Assembly (NCBI GenBank): GCA_026023565.1
Contig: JAPETS010000003.1
Span: 682,001-746,000, forward strand
DNA from: Cirrosporium novae-zelandiae
Lineage: Eukaryota
DNA length: 64,000 nt
Direction: 5' to 3'
Shown: positions 11,252 through 24,359 of the stretch, piece after piece
Numbering within the stretch: position 1 is the stretch's first letter
How the letters are laid out: each line of letters opens with the position of its first letter
Position numbers and translations under genes: made by a program
Notes under the pieces: generated by a model
Told to the model about the DNA's origin: nothing
Databases searched by the model: none
What the model saw: only the letters and a program-made list of their open reading frames with translations

Positions 11252-13559
11252 TGGGGAAATGTCAATTCCAATCACGAGCCTGGAGTTACAGAGTTTTTCT
11301 CGACATCCGGTTTCCGACCCACACCTCCAATGCAACCTCAACACCAAGGATCACCATTCCTTTCCCTTTTAAGTGCAAACGAGGACTATTCCATTGTCTC
11401 TTTCGACACCGTTGACTTTTTTTCTCTACCTATTGGAGTTACCTCTCAAGGTTATATATCCCAGACAGCCTTGACCCCCAGCTTTCACCGGCCGGCGTTA
11501 GCTAGGGGCGGACCGGTTCGATATTACTACTACTTATCGCGTGAACGGTTTATGGTGCCTTGTTTTTTTCTTCCCTTTCGCTATCGGAGCGTGGCCATCC
11601 GATTTTCTTTTTGGATCATCCCGATCAGAACAGCGGGTTTATGTCGGCGTCCTTTTTTGCATTTTCCTTTTGCTTAATATGGGTTTGGTGTAGTGATGAG
11701 ATGTACAACATCATCATCGTGCTGTTTGATAGATGGAAGATTTTATGCTGGATGTTGAATCCTCATGACGAGGATGACAATGGCAATTGTTGACGACGAT
11801 TAAGATGAAGATGAAGATGACTATAGAAATACCGATGAGATGAAACGAGATGGAGTTATACCCTCGCGACCAATTACCCTGAAGTCGCATGCACTCATAT
11901 TCTACCCCCGACCCCTTTACCATCCTACGCCACTCCTCACACACGCGAGAGTTCACACCCTAACGACAACAACAACAACAGCCACCTTCACCCTCCACCT
12001 TTACCTAAGACCCAAGAAACTACAATTGATCTCTACCTCTACCTTTACCTCTACCTCTATCCACCAACCCCAACCATCCCACCCTCTTCACATCCTCCCC
12101 ACATCCAAATCTCCCTCGAAAGAACATATTCCTTTGTCTCTTGGTTCCTAATTCCTTAAGTCCTGCCAGGGTTCATCCATTTTACATTTTACTTCCCTTT
12201 CCCACTTTTAGTTTTTTTTTTTTTTCTTCTGGTTTTTGTTTTGATTTTTTTGGGCTATGCTTTGTTAGCGCTTTGGGGATTTGGGATTCAAGATTATGGG
12301 GCTACGAATTATGGATTATGGATTTATACCAAAGAAATGAAAGGAAAGGAAAGAGAATGCGGGATGGGGGGGTATTTTAGATGGGGAATAGGAATTGGAA
12401 TAGCCGGGTGGTTTTTTTTTGAGATTCATACACGGAGAGAGGTGTTGGACTGACTGGAGCATATAGCGATCTACTATGGAAATTTGGAAGGAAAGAAGGG
12501 GGTTGCTGTACTGTATAACCATATACGTTTTCAACATTGTTGGTTTTGGTTTCGGGTCTTGGGTTTTGGGTCTTGGGTTTGGTTTGGTCTGTCTTGTCTG
12601 TCTTGTCAGCATGAGCGAGCGATATGTGTCATTATGTCATATGTATATAGAATTTGACGTTTTCATTTTTTTTTGTCTTGGACTTGGGCTGTTTTTGTTT
12701 TTTTTGGGTTGTAATGATATATATATCTCCCCCCTTCTCTCTCTTTCTCTCCCTCTCTCCATATATAAATATATGGAAAGGGGATAAGATGAGAATATTA
12801 TATTATTATGTTATATTATATCATACTATATATTACGTCCCTTTATTGTTTCGTATCGTCGTTGCTGCCGTTGTTATTATTATAGGTGGAGAAATATAAA
12901 TATAAATATATTGGAGATGGGAAGGGTAAAGGTTATATATGTACTGTACAAACTTGAGGAGGTGGAAGGTGGGGACGGGGGGAGATGGGGAGAACGGATG
13001 AGAGGAATAAAGGTGTGAAGGTGGAGGCATGGGATGGGATGGTATGGGATGGTATGTGAGATTATTTTATTTTATATTGATGTTGGATTGAGGGGGGGGG
13101 ATGGTGGACTGACTTATCTATATGAAAAAGGAGGAAGCAGACGATGAAATGATGTCCGTTTATCCATCTCCCCCCCCCCCTTCTTTCTTATTAGTCCGTA
13201 TACAACGTACACCTACACCTACACCTACATATTATTCTTATTATAAGTTAAGAGGGGGGTCGGGCATATAGGTTTTTATAAATTATGATTATTATTATTT
13301 TTGGGAATTCTATGGATATCTCCCAGGCCATGCGTCTATTCGTTTATTCATTCATCATTCTATACAAAGTGATTTAAGGAAACCTTGTAGGAAAAATTCT
13401 TTAAGCTCTATTTGGGGGGTAGGGTGGGGGTTGAAGGTAGGAAAGAATGGAAGAAAGGAGGAGAAAAAACCCGTGTACGCCATAAATTCATGCTGAGGTT
13501 TATTTCGTTCGTTTTAATTTATTCCGTGTACCAACACCCGTTGGGTATGCTTGCGATCT

Positions 13560-14893
13560 CTAACGGACTAGATTCGCAGCCACGAATTCCTAAAGTCATC
13601 AGCGACATACTATAAAAATAATAGATCTGTTAATAGGGGACAAGGCTAGCTTACCGGAAACTGGCTCTGCAGAAGCGTGGTAACCTTCTCCAGCTCCTCC
13701 GTCAAGCCCTCAACTTTCAAATCCCATCTCCTCAGCTCTGGATGTACCACGCCGCTCTGGTTCCAATGCCCATTCATCTTCTCCCCACTCCTCCCGGTCT
13801 CCTCAAAGTAGATTATTCCATCAATCTGATCAATCGTGGCGATCAGCCGTTCCTGCTCCACCATCCTGGCCGCATATTGCTCTGCCCTTTCGGCATCTTC
13901 ACCAAGTCCGAGGAGCGCCGCCAGTTCCTTCGTGCTTATGTTTTCGTAGAGCTTCGACACCGCGACGAGGTTATGTTCGAGGACTGCTTTGGCTAGGACT
14001 GTGGATCCGTCGGCTGTTTGCGCTAGCTGGTGCGGCGCTAGTTTCTTTGAAAATCTGTCGACTTCTTCCGAGCTGAGGAGTTGGTCCATGTATATCTTCT
14101 CGAGGATCGCGTATTCTTCTAGCTCTGTTGCTCTTTCGTCTTTGTATAGCCGGCCTAGCATCACGGCTCGCTGGGGCCCTGCCGGTGCAAGTATGGCGCA
14201 GATGATGGCACTTGAAAGCCCATGTAAACGCTCTTCCTCGGCGATTCGGGTGTTGAAACTGAATTGAAGGTACACCTGAGCTGCGTCGAGGAATTTGCGT
14301 CTGGCGTCGAGAATTCGGGCTTGGGAGAGCTGGAAATATAATTTAAGCTCCGGCTTATCGACCTTGTGCATGTAGTTCTTGGCGCGGTTGAGGAATATCT
14401 CTGCATTTGCAGTATCTTCTTCTTCCAGGTAGTTTCGGACGATTCGTATCCACACTTCGACCTTGTCCACCTCAGTCATCTGGTGGGATGTGCTCTCGAA
14501 GTTCATGCCTTGTAGCGCTCTGGCGGCATTTTGGAAATCTTCTTGAGCCTCATATGTATCAGCGAGGAGCATTCGGATGGTTGCGTCTTCCTCGGCGAAA
14601 GAGGTAGCGTGAGGACGAAGGGCGCTGAGGGCGTGTTGTCCGACTTCAACCTTCGCATTGGGATCTCCAATATGTTTAAGGGCTTCCACAAAGCTCACGA
14701 TAAGTGGCCGGGTAGCAAATGTGACATGACTGCTGGTGACAACATCAATAAAGGCTGAAAGGCCTTCGGACAAGTCAGAGTTTGGGCCATTGCATATTTG
14801 CTGGAGAATTTCTTGATAGCTGGCGACCTGAGTTTGCTGAGGAGCTGCTTGTAAAGAAGCTAATTTTGCTGATATATCTTGCCCTGATGCCAT
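13560..14893 (-). CDS. csn4: COP9 signalosome subunit 4 (PCI domain); intron 13590-13654
   Basis: Motifs LAPAGPQR...LYKDER, TADGSTVLAKAVLEHNL and IDQIDGIIYF. A gtaagc...ctttag intron gives the terminal exon EFVAANLVR*. Start taken at MASGQ. Confidence 0.95.
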
Positions 14894-15322
14894 GTTGAAG
14901 GGAAACACAGCGGGTTAAGGTGGAGATGCTGTTCTCTGGACCAAAATGTTGTTTGTCATTGTGGTTCAGAAAGCTCTTATCGATAAACGACAAAGAGTTT
15001 GCATGTTTTGCTCACTGCCTTTTGCAACCATGACGGCATTCTAGATAGGTTTCCACGAGATAATACTTTATGCTACCTAGGTAGATATCTATCAAAGACT
15101 ATTCAATATACAAAACAGTCGTCACGTCATAAGTCATTCAGGTCGTCAGAATCCGTGCCAACGGAAACAGATGCCAACATATTTTAATAAATACAAGTAC
15201 TCCTACCCCAAGAGTGCAATCCCATAAATGCCCAACGCATTCCATGCTCTGGTTCACTTTGCTTTCCTCGTATTAGGAAAACGAATCCTGAGTAGTGTTG
15301 AAGCCCATCAGGTAATCAGTCA

Positions 15323-16617
15323 CTAATTATAACTCAAATCTTCAATCATTCCCTGAATTGCCCACTTCATATTTGAATTCATGCCGGACTCTCGGAAATC
15401 AACATGACGAAGTTTGCCACAGTTTTCTTTTATCTTGCGGATCATATCATTCGTTACCCAGTAACTTCCTCTGATCGATATCTTCTCGAGCAACGGTAGC
15501 CTTGTTAGTTTATCGATTATAGCCCAGTCATAGACTTTTTGGATTTCGTATGGCTTCCAAGTCCATGACTTAGGAATGTCAGAAACAAAAACCAAACCGG
15601 TGAAACTGGCTGGGACATAGCACTGTTGACCTTGAACAGCATAGTCTTCAGCAAGTATTAGCCCGGATAAGTCGATCTCCCTTAGTCATGTCAGCTTGGA
15701 TAAAAATTATATATACTAAAAACTTACCTAATTCGTTTACACGCTTCAACGACATGTAGTATAGCTCCAATTGGAACATCTCGACAAAGGTTATATTTCT
15801 TCAGAAAGTGATGTGGCGAGGGATGGGATGAACGGCGCATGACAGGAATAGAAGGACTATTGGTAGAACTTGAGGCCATGTTACTGATTGGGCGAGGGGC
15901 TGGAGAGCCGCTTGTTAAAGAATACAGTGGTTCTGTTCTCATTTTCCATTCTCGCCACCCAGCTATGGGGAATTCCATTTCTTCGGGGTTGTTGAACTTG
16001 CTTAGATCTAGGGTTCGGACCATTTGCGCATATCTGGGATGGCGTGAAACAGTATATACAAACTGAGCAAAGCGATATGTACTAGCAAACTTGGGATGAT
16101 TATATAACGCCATAGCTGTGCTTTCATGTAGCGACCAGCATGCTCGAACAAGATTATTTAATGAGGTTTGCGGCAGGTATTCGCAAATTATATCTTGAAT
16201 TTCAAAAGGCAGAGAGTCCAACTTAGTGATAGGAGTCCTCTTCCTCTTCCGTGATAACACCGAGGGAGTAAAGGAACGAATAGAAGTCGCCGAAGAAGCA
16301 AGCTTGCGCTCATTAAGAGACGCCAGTAAGTTATCGCCATTCTTTTGAGGCATTGTAGATGAGTTGACACTCGCTTTTGGAGTCTTTGATTGACTTGTAT
16401 TGGCCTTTAGTTCATCGACGGCGCTCAGGGTTTGCTTCTCGGATTTAGAATTAGGGTTGGTAAACCGGTTCCTCAAGGATGACCCAACAGCTTTCTTCTT
16501 TGGCCTTTCAGATGTTATTACGCCATAGGGATACTTAGGGAAGTACCCCGAAGTAAAAGCAAGCGCGTTGCTACGCTGTTGGACCTGCTGCAAGGGGGAT
16601 TGCCTATGAAGGTTCAC
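15323..16617 (-). CDS. F-box domain protein with LRR-like C-terminus; intron 15681-15727; true start uncertain
   Basis: F-box signature LDSLPFEIQDIICEYLPQTSL..LVRAC. Splicing joins ACKRIR to EIDLSGLILAEDY and continues into the 15323-15595 ORF. Confidence 0.8.
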
Positions 16618-17747
16618 GTCAGCATTACCGTTTCACCACAAATCTTACTCAGAAGATGGAGAAAGGCGACTCGTACATTCTGGCGAGTTCAAGCGCGCAA
16701 TAAGCGCCAGACCAGACTAAAACTAGAGTCTCGAATTTTCTGTATCTGTTCTTGTTTCTGCTCTGCTGAAAGTAGTATCCGAAGCTTGCAGATAGAAGAC
16801 TTAAATGGGAACGAAATGGAGGTTAAGATTTGGGGACCCCCTATCCTTTAATTGAAGACCAGCATAATATAGGATGGATATTAGTTTTGGTAGGCGTTCA
16901 GCCGGTAGATTTGCTCCTTTGACCGCACCAACCAACTATCGAGAAAACTGATCAGTTCGGCCCCGCCTTAATTATTTGTAGTACCAAGAAACGCACAAGA
17001 TGATAGAGGGTGTTTTAGCTTCAGTTTGTGGAGAGGGGGCTTTGTGGCTATGTGTGGCACTCGAACATCATGCAGCAAACCTATAGAAGACCAATAGTTA
17101 ATCGGATTGATGTGACATGAATTCATTGCATGCGTGAACCTACAGTAGCTTTTAATCCTGGAAAATCCAATTGATATTCTTCAACAATCTTCAACGTATG
17201 TAAATGGCTGCAATTTGCAAAATATTGGTCATAATATAACAATGGGTCGTATGACCTGAGCTTACTATATGCGAAATAATCAATTATCTTCGACGGACGA
17301 AAAGTCAAGACTGGGGCAGTGAGAAGTGGAGGACAAGTCTCGAAGAGATAAGAATAATGGTTAGGGTGCGGAGAAACTTTACTATTCACAATCAGCAATC
17401 AGGGACATACAGCAGTCTAGCTGTCATTATTGTAGCCTTAGGCTTCCATAACTTTCTCTCGGGGTTTCAATATTTCCGGAGCTAGTCCTGTTCCAACGTT
17501 AGCCTAGTTTTGTTACCGGAGTAAGAATTCATCCCGGGCCTTGAGCTTTGGTTCGCTAACACCTGCCTCTGTCGTAGATCATTACCAGCTTCTTCAATCA
17601 AACTTCAACTCTCTAACAAAGCCACTGTACTTCTCCAGTACCCAAAGCCAACCAAACCCCTGCCACTCTTTAAAGAACTTCAAGAGTCCTGTACTGCAGC
17701 TATCTCCATCTCATGCGGGTTTCCAGTCGACCTTAGAATCCTGTAGT

Positions 17748-18969
17748 ATGGCCGCAATGAACGGCGCAGGAATGCCAGTCAAAACCGAAGGAAGTTATCC
17801 AGCGAACGGCCTCAACCCATATGTCAAACCGGACTCGGAGAACAAGCAGATCTCATTTGAAGATGATGATCTTTATGAAGACACTGGGGACGTGGACTTT
17901 TCCAACGCGGGGCGGGAGGTCTGGTTGACGAGGATACCAAAGTTCCTCTGGGAGAGGTGGTCCAAACTGGATGACGATGAAGAGATACACCTGGGAACAG
18001 TTAGGATTGAGCATCCTGCAAATCAGAAAGAACCTATCGTATGCTTGCGCCTAGGTCAAATCAATCCTAACTTGAGAATACTGGCTGATAGTGTCCTAGG
18101 TCAGCTTAAGATTATTCGATAACCTTCCCCAGAACGCAGACATACCAAAGGAATATAATATGCATGTCTCAAATTTGAGTGCTAATAATACTTTTGTATT
18201 CAGCGAAAAGGATTTGCCCGGCTACGCTTCAAAAATGGGGACGGGATCTCCAGCTCCCGATATGGCCACAAAGGATATAAAACGCCCCGACACCAAGTTC
18301 AAAATCGACAAGAAGAAGCGGTATCAGGATTCATATCGCAAAGCAATACCCAGTAACTATACACGATTTTAAGTTTAAGATTCTAGATTCTAACGTCCCC
18401 CAGAACAAACTGCCATAGCTGGCAGCGTCAAGACCGAACTGAATTGCATTCCTGTCGAAAATAGCGAATATATGCGTCTGTTCAGTGTCCTTCACAATCA
18501 AGCTGTCAAACCAAAACGCCAGACCCAATTCCTCGCAGGCAAAGTCGGCACTCACGGCGGCAATCTACTCAACCCAGGTACCATCGGCACTGGCGCCTCC
18601 TTCGACAACTTTATCAAAACAACCAACGATACCAACAAGCGCAAAGGCAACCAGGCCCTCAAAGCTGCGCGACTCCCCAAGAACGAGCTGCTGGATGCTA
18701 TTTTTAAGTGTTTCCAGCGGTATCAATATTGGTATCTTAAGAGTTTAAAAGCAGAGCTTATGCAGCCTGAAGCTTATTTGAAAGAGGTGTTGCAGGAAAT
18801 CGCGAAACAGAACCGGTCTGGCGATTATGCAAACACATGGGAATTGAAACCTGAATGGAAGATGAGTGCCTATGCTCAAAGTCTTGAAGGACCCGGGCCC
18901 AAGGTCGAAGTCGCGCCAGATATGGGAGGCGACGACGACGAGAACATGAGGATGGAAGATGTTCTATGA
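17748..18969 (+). CDS. tfg2: Transcription initiation factor IIF beta subunit (RAP30); introns 18039-18099, 18353-18403
   Basis: VWLTRIPKFLWERW, IPKEYNM, NTFVFSEKDLPG and winged-helix ARLPKNELLD.IF.CF..Y.YW.LK.L...QPEAYLKEVL..WELKPE. Canonical splice sites restore one frame. Confidence 0.95.
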
Positions 18970-19361
18970 ACTTGGATTTAATACCTTCTAGAAATCCTCG
19001 TGATGACTTAAAAGCATTTCTCCGGAGTTTTGGGGTAAGCAACAAAAGGGATTGCGGATATACTAGCAACGGAGTCCAGGCTGGGATTAGTTAGATTCGT
19101 CTGCAATGATGACAATTGCGGGAAATATTCTGTGGAGGCTAGGTCATGGTCTTACGGGGGTTGTAATTATATTTTGGAAAGAAAATACCATAGACTTGAC
19201 TGTCAGACCGTGAATTAGTTAGACCGCCATCCAATATACATCAGAAACCGTCACTTTTGAGAAGACATGTAAGAGGCCTATCTGTCACATCATTAACGCC
19301 AGATGCCAGTATGCGCATATTCATTCCAATTTGATTCATCCGTAAATTCCTTGGTCCGTGA

Positions 19362-20719
19362 CTATATCTTTTCTCTCCTAACCTCGTGCTCCTCAATATC
19401 ATTAGCCCCAAACCCACCCCACCCGTCAAATTCCACCGAGAACTTGACAGCCGCTTTCAAATAGAATCTATCATCATCTCCCCATGTCTTTGCCGCCTCT
19501 TTCATCGCCCTCACGGCTTTTACGAAATGCGCATCCATACTCCACGGATTATCTGCTTTCGTGGCCTTCGCAACTGCGAAATCCCAGTCCCGGCCATTAA
19601 GGTCAAAGTCTGCGACGGTATTAAGGTCAATTGCAGGTCGCAATTGGCTGACATATATGGCAACGGTAATGAGCCACCACTGGCGGATCATGGAGATGTG
19701 GTATTTGGGGGGTATTATTGGGAAGAGAATGCGGATGGCGTGGCTTGTGGTGAGAAGGTGTACCAAGAAAAAGTCGTAAGAGCTAGATTTGTCATGGGAG
19801 CGGTTGGATGCGACAAGCACAGCCGCAGCTGCTTTTTGGCTCTCGGCAAATTGTGAAGTGGGATCACCTATCTGCCAGGCATTCCAATACTCAAGAATGA
19901 GGTGTTCGTGGTTTTCGAAGAGATCGTTTAGGTTGGAACCGCCTGGGGAAGTGTAGAGGTCATTGAAACGAGGGTCTATGGCGATTGTTTTTAAGAGGTG
20001 GAGGGGGGATGTCGAGTTTATAGGAGACGGGCGGGTATAGGAAGAATCATCCATGTATTTGTGAAGGTAGTTGTAGGATGCCGATGCCATTGTGAGCGCT
20101 TCAATTGCGACCTCTTTGATGGAGAGCTCATACGCATAGCCAAGGTGAATCAAGGGATGTCCAAGGCCAGCCACCAGACAATTGATCAGAGGCTCATCTC
20201 CCGAGAATAGATACTCTTCAACTACCTTTTTCCAATCATATCTTTGTCTCACGAGTTGATCCTCGAAGAAATCCACAAATGCGCGCTGATATTGTGGATC
20301 TCCTAGATAGTACCTCCAATCAGATCTTGAGATTTCTTCTGGCGAATCTTCCCATGGCTCCAGCACTTCTGCCTCCTTGTCATAAATAGCATTTAATTGG
20401 TCAACATCTGCTCCAAGAAGGTAAGAGGAACCGAGGATCTTTAAGGTTTAGTCAGCCCATAATACTAAGTAGTCGCAAAGGCAGGAGAGAGGAACAGTAC
20501 ATGCGCTGTGTGATTATGAAAATGTAGGTGGTGGTAAAGGACAGCATGTGTTGCATGATTTAACCTCAACAAATGTTTCAATCGCCTCCCTCTTCTATCG
20601 CTGTCGGTCTCAATCTCATGTGTTTCGATAGAGGGGAGATTGACGGTAAGGTGTTGTTTCCCTGGAGAGGATTGGCTTGGATGCCATCCAGATATATAGT
20701 TTGCTATGGTTGATAACAT
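19362..20719 (-). CDS. Questin oxidase-like / HypA-AflY-like (DUF4243) protein; intron 20439-20500
   Basis: FHNHTAH-ILGSSYLLGA, GLGHPLIHLGYAYE, YDFFLVHLLTTSHA and DAHFVKAVRAM motifs. Confidence 0.85.
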
Positions 20720-21311
20720 ATTCAAGAGTGGAGATCAAAGCTAAAAGAAAGTAGAGAGGAAAAGAAGGAGAAGGAGAAGAAGAATCGCAAAATCATTGGG
20801 ATAGAAAAAGTTGGGACTTTGTAGCTTTTAAGAGGCAAACAGTGAGAAGCTTCCCCGCATGTTGGGGGCACTTGAAAGGTGACGTTGAGGATTTGCAGCC
20901 CTATCGGAAACCCTTGTACTCTTAACCCTGTCTTGAAAGGAAAAAGCCACATCGGACCCTCCACCGCCCAAGGCCCGAGGCACCGGCTAAATTCCCATTA
21001 AATTAATAATTGTCGTGGATACGAACAAAAGCAAAATCCAACGTCCAACATCCAAAATGTCTACTTAGTAAATATTAAAAGATTTCATCTGGAGCGTCTT
21101 AGGCCAAGAGGCCAAGGTGCAATTGGCATCGTTTCATAGACTACTGGTGGATCTGATTGATTTCTACGCTACGTGTCACCCCATTGGATATCTAAAACAT
21201 AATCGGTGTACAGATTGAGATTGTTGATCAACAGCAGGATTTAAGCTGCCTCCCCCACACTCCTATCTAACAAAACATCAAGTTCCCCCCAAGGTTATTC
21301 ACCAACTCAAG

Positions 21312-22792
21312 ATGAATCAAATATATCTTTACGCTGAACTTTTGCAAAATATTCGCCAGATTACCATATTCGCCTCCTTACCAACCAAGAGAAACGATGA
21401 CACCCATCTGGAGCTTTCCCCTGACCAAGAAACCCTGACACTATATCATGATGGTGACAGCGCCAGTATAAAGTTACCAGACAGAATTTCTTCCTACACA
21501 TCCCTAAAGCTTCGTCCTGCGAGTGATCCTAGAGACATATCGTTACGGCTCCCTCTGGAAGACCAGAGACAACAATTTACATACGATGAGATACCATGGT
21601 TGGCACCAGATCTTAATGCTACAACTGGGGTTGCCTGCAAAAGCTGTGGTGATACTTTTATACCTCAAATGACTATCAGGGAATGGAAGGACCTTCCCAA
21701 TGAAAACTGGGCAGAGATGATGGATTTCTGGCATTGCCATAAACCCGAGGAACCAAAACCTAAAAGCAGAAAGCGTGGAGCAAAGAAAGGCTATGCTGCC
21801 ACAGAAAAACTGACTGCTCAACCAAAAATTGGCCTGGTCGATCCTTGCTTTCTCTTATTGTCTCCAACAGACTGTTCTGGGATTATGGTAAGGCCTCTAT
21901 TCCATTCTTCACTCTTTCATTTTTATATAGGAGGACGGGGTTATCAAATATTACTGCGGGCGTAGTTTTCGGGCAAAAAGAAAGCGGTCTTTCCTCGACT
22001 TTATGTCGAAACAATGGTTTGATCACTGATACAATTGCCCCAGAGAAATTCCATGGTGCCTTTATACATGTCGAATAGGATAACCCTCTGTCCATATGGA
22101 CTTATGGGTTTCCTACTTCACATGTGGTTCTAACCTCACTGTTTCATTGTGTAGACTCTGGAGTGAATGGAGCACACGGGATAATTTGAGGTACATTCAA
22201 TACTAACATTTCCTAGGAACGTTCAGATAAACGTTTAGCAAGCCACGCAACAGTTGAGTGTGCAAAATGTCATGAGACAATTGGCTATGCGGATGAGAAT
22301 ACAAATGGATGGAAGCTTTTCAAATGGAACTTATCATTGATGAGTTTCTTAGGGGACTCTAAAGAGGATTTTCCAACAGCTTGTTGGGTTAGTTTGCAGC
22401 TTCTAACTCTTATTGAGAATAATGGAATGCGAAAGTTCGTTGTTCATAGCGAGGACGAAGATGCTTTAGCTCTACTGGTGAGTCTCCAGTCTAAAGGCTG
22501 ACATGGATGTTAAATTAACGTATTGATGTAGCTTTGGGTCTTTACCCCGGACCTCCGATACTCCAGTTCACACGTCCCAAACCAAGTGACTAGAGCTATG
22601 AAAATTTTCTATCAGAGAATAGCTGATCCCCAGGAAGCCTTGCAAGCCAACAGTAATTCTGCTGATGAGCTAATCCTTCCTATCAACTTACTTGAAACTA
22701 TACAAAGGTCACTACATAGCACTACAGCCATTCTGCCAGCTTCTGCTGTAGCTTTTCATGCCTGGACTGTTGGATTGCTTAATCGGTTTTAG
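21312..22792 (+). CDS. HECT_2 / UBE3D-like (E2-binding) protein; introns 21888-22216, 22479-22531
   Basis: IYLYAELLQNIRQ N-terminus, CxxC, WKDLPNENWAEMMDFWHCHKP, second CxxC (CAKC), then LWVFTPDLRYSS..AMKIFYQ after splicing. Confidence 0.9.
21969..22198 (+). ncRNA. Intronic box H/ACA guide RNA, snR81-like (U2 snRNA U42 pocket)
   Basis: Stem GGGCAA(21971-76)/TTGCCC(22035-40). Pocket strands AAAAGAA (21976-82) and GATAC (22028-32) are complementary to U2 GUAUC-UG-UUCUUUU. H box AGAGAA at 22042 lies 14 nt from the pocket. A long second hairpin spans 22067-22125 and a candidate ACA is at 22193. Confidence 0.75.
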
Positions 22793-23259
22793 GTTGTGGA
22801 TTTAGCGAGGCGTTCGTATGGAAATATAGAAGTGAACCTTTGCAACTCATGGCAAAAGTTTCTTTTTTCATACCCGAAAATTATATAATATATAAGTGGA
22901 ATGCTCGATGATGTGAAACTTCGCACGATAGCTGCGCCTTCTTTTGTTTCAAGGGTCCGAGCGAGATTAGTTTTAAACATAGCTGTTATTCCGAATATAT
23001 GATTGCTGCCTTCCGTCTATGAGGTAGCCAATTATCCAAGTCCTGACACTCGATAGCTAAATATCTATTCCCCAATCCAGTTTTTCTAAACCCGGTCTCG
23101 TCTTCCACTTCTAATAGCCATACATCATGACCTCAACAGTAGAAGCAAAACCAAAAATAAATGAAGCAGCAGAACTGCATATATCTTACGCACGGGACTT
23201 CATCTAAGGGAAGAGAGTATTTGCTAATAATAAAAATCAGACACTAAATCAATTTCATT

Positions 23260-23361
23260 TGCCCTAACTCAGATTCGAACTGAGGTTAGCGGATTTCACA
23301 AGCTAAGGCTTGTTCATAATCGATATGAGACCGCTGTCATAACCAACTAAACCATTAAGGC
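23260..23361 (-). tRNA. tRNA-Met (CAT), elongator type, with 29-nt intron
   Basis: Minus strand: acceptor GCCTTAA/TTAGGGC, D loop AGTTGGTTA, anticodon arm GCGGT-CTCATA-[intron]-A-TCCGC, T arm CTCAG-TTCGAAT-CTGAG. The intron contains TTATGA, complementary to the anticodon loop. Confidence 0.93.
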
Positions 23362-24359
23362 AGAAGCTTCTGATTGGTGGATGTTGATATTTTTATTTGT
23401 TCATTTAATATGTGGCAGATTTGCTTTTTTGTGGAACGGCAGCTTTAGGTTTTGTTGTATATTATCTACGATATTGTATGTAATTAATTACCTAATTGGT
23501 ATTGTTAAGCGACGTGTATCTAACCCTCCTATTAATTATTCCATCGTTGACATGTCGTTCGAATCTTTTACAACATTTCTACTCTCCTAATATTCGCTTA
23601 TAGTCTCTATCTTCACAAAAAAATTTGCTTATTATTCTATTCCTCAAGTCTAGTTTGACTATAAGACCAATTTTCAATCTTGACCATTCCCTCAAGTTTT
23701 CACCCTCTACCAGCCCCTTACACTAATCTATATCTCAGCAGTCTACATTGGATTGAAGCATATTCCTTTAAAAGTACTGGCATCGCTCGAGAATAGCGGT
23801 GTGTTTTGGAGGCCTACCAATTTTTGTTGGCTCAAGTATTGCATAACTTTCTTTGCGTTAATGTGTTTCGGCCTTCAACTTCATCGAACAAAGGGCTTTG
23901 AATTCCTCGGTCGATACCCTATTGTGGAATCATGGTTCCTGGCTATTATCACCATCGAGCCTTCAATGGATACATAATTGAATAATAAAAGAATTTTTTT
24001 CATTGAGGATTCGCTCTCGATTCATTCTTTGAACAATTGTTCTCACTATTCTCCAAAAGCGTTGCAGCAATCTTGCTGTTTGCGGCTTTGGGGAGTTTCT
24101 TAAGCATAGCTAATTGGATCTTGACGATTGTGGACTTCTTCCTTGTCTATTTGACTTTGTTGTGTTCAATGGTCTGATCATGTATAAATTGTTGGTAGGT
24201 TTTTGGAAGCCATCAAGGGATGCCTTGTTTATGACTACAATTTTCGAACCCTCTGAACTGGTTTTTGACAACCTCTAAATATAAACCAGTCTTGTTTTAT
24301 CATTAGTTAATCTCCTACGTCACTTCAGTGTGTGTCGTAAAGAGTAATACTGCTACACT

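Noticed and set aside
11700..13500. Phe/Leu/Gly-rich short ORFs
   Set aside because: Translations of poly-T, TA and purine/pyrimidine tracts.
17541..17747. TTG-initiated N-terminal extension of tfg2 suggested by the ORF track
   Set aside because: A good ATG exists at 17748 and the upstream sequence looks like ordinary 5' UTR.
19362..20719. Questin oxidase-like gene as a sign of a secondary-metabolite cluster
   Set aside because: No PKS, NRPS, transporter or Zn2Cys6 regulator nearby.
22132..22198. Third hairpin of the HECT_2 intron as a guide for the U6 U31-equivalent
   Set aside because: GTTTC/TTTGA complementarity exists but lies only about 8 nt from the ACA, not the required 14-16 nt.
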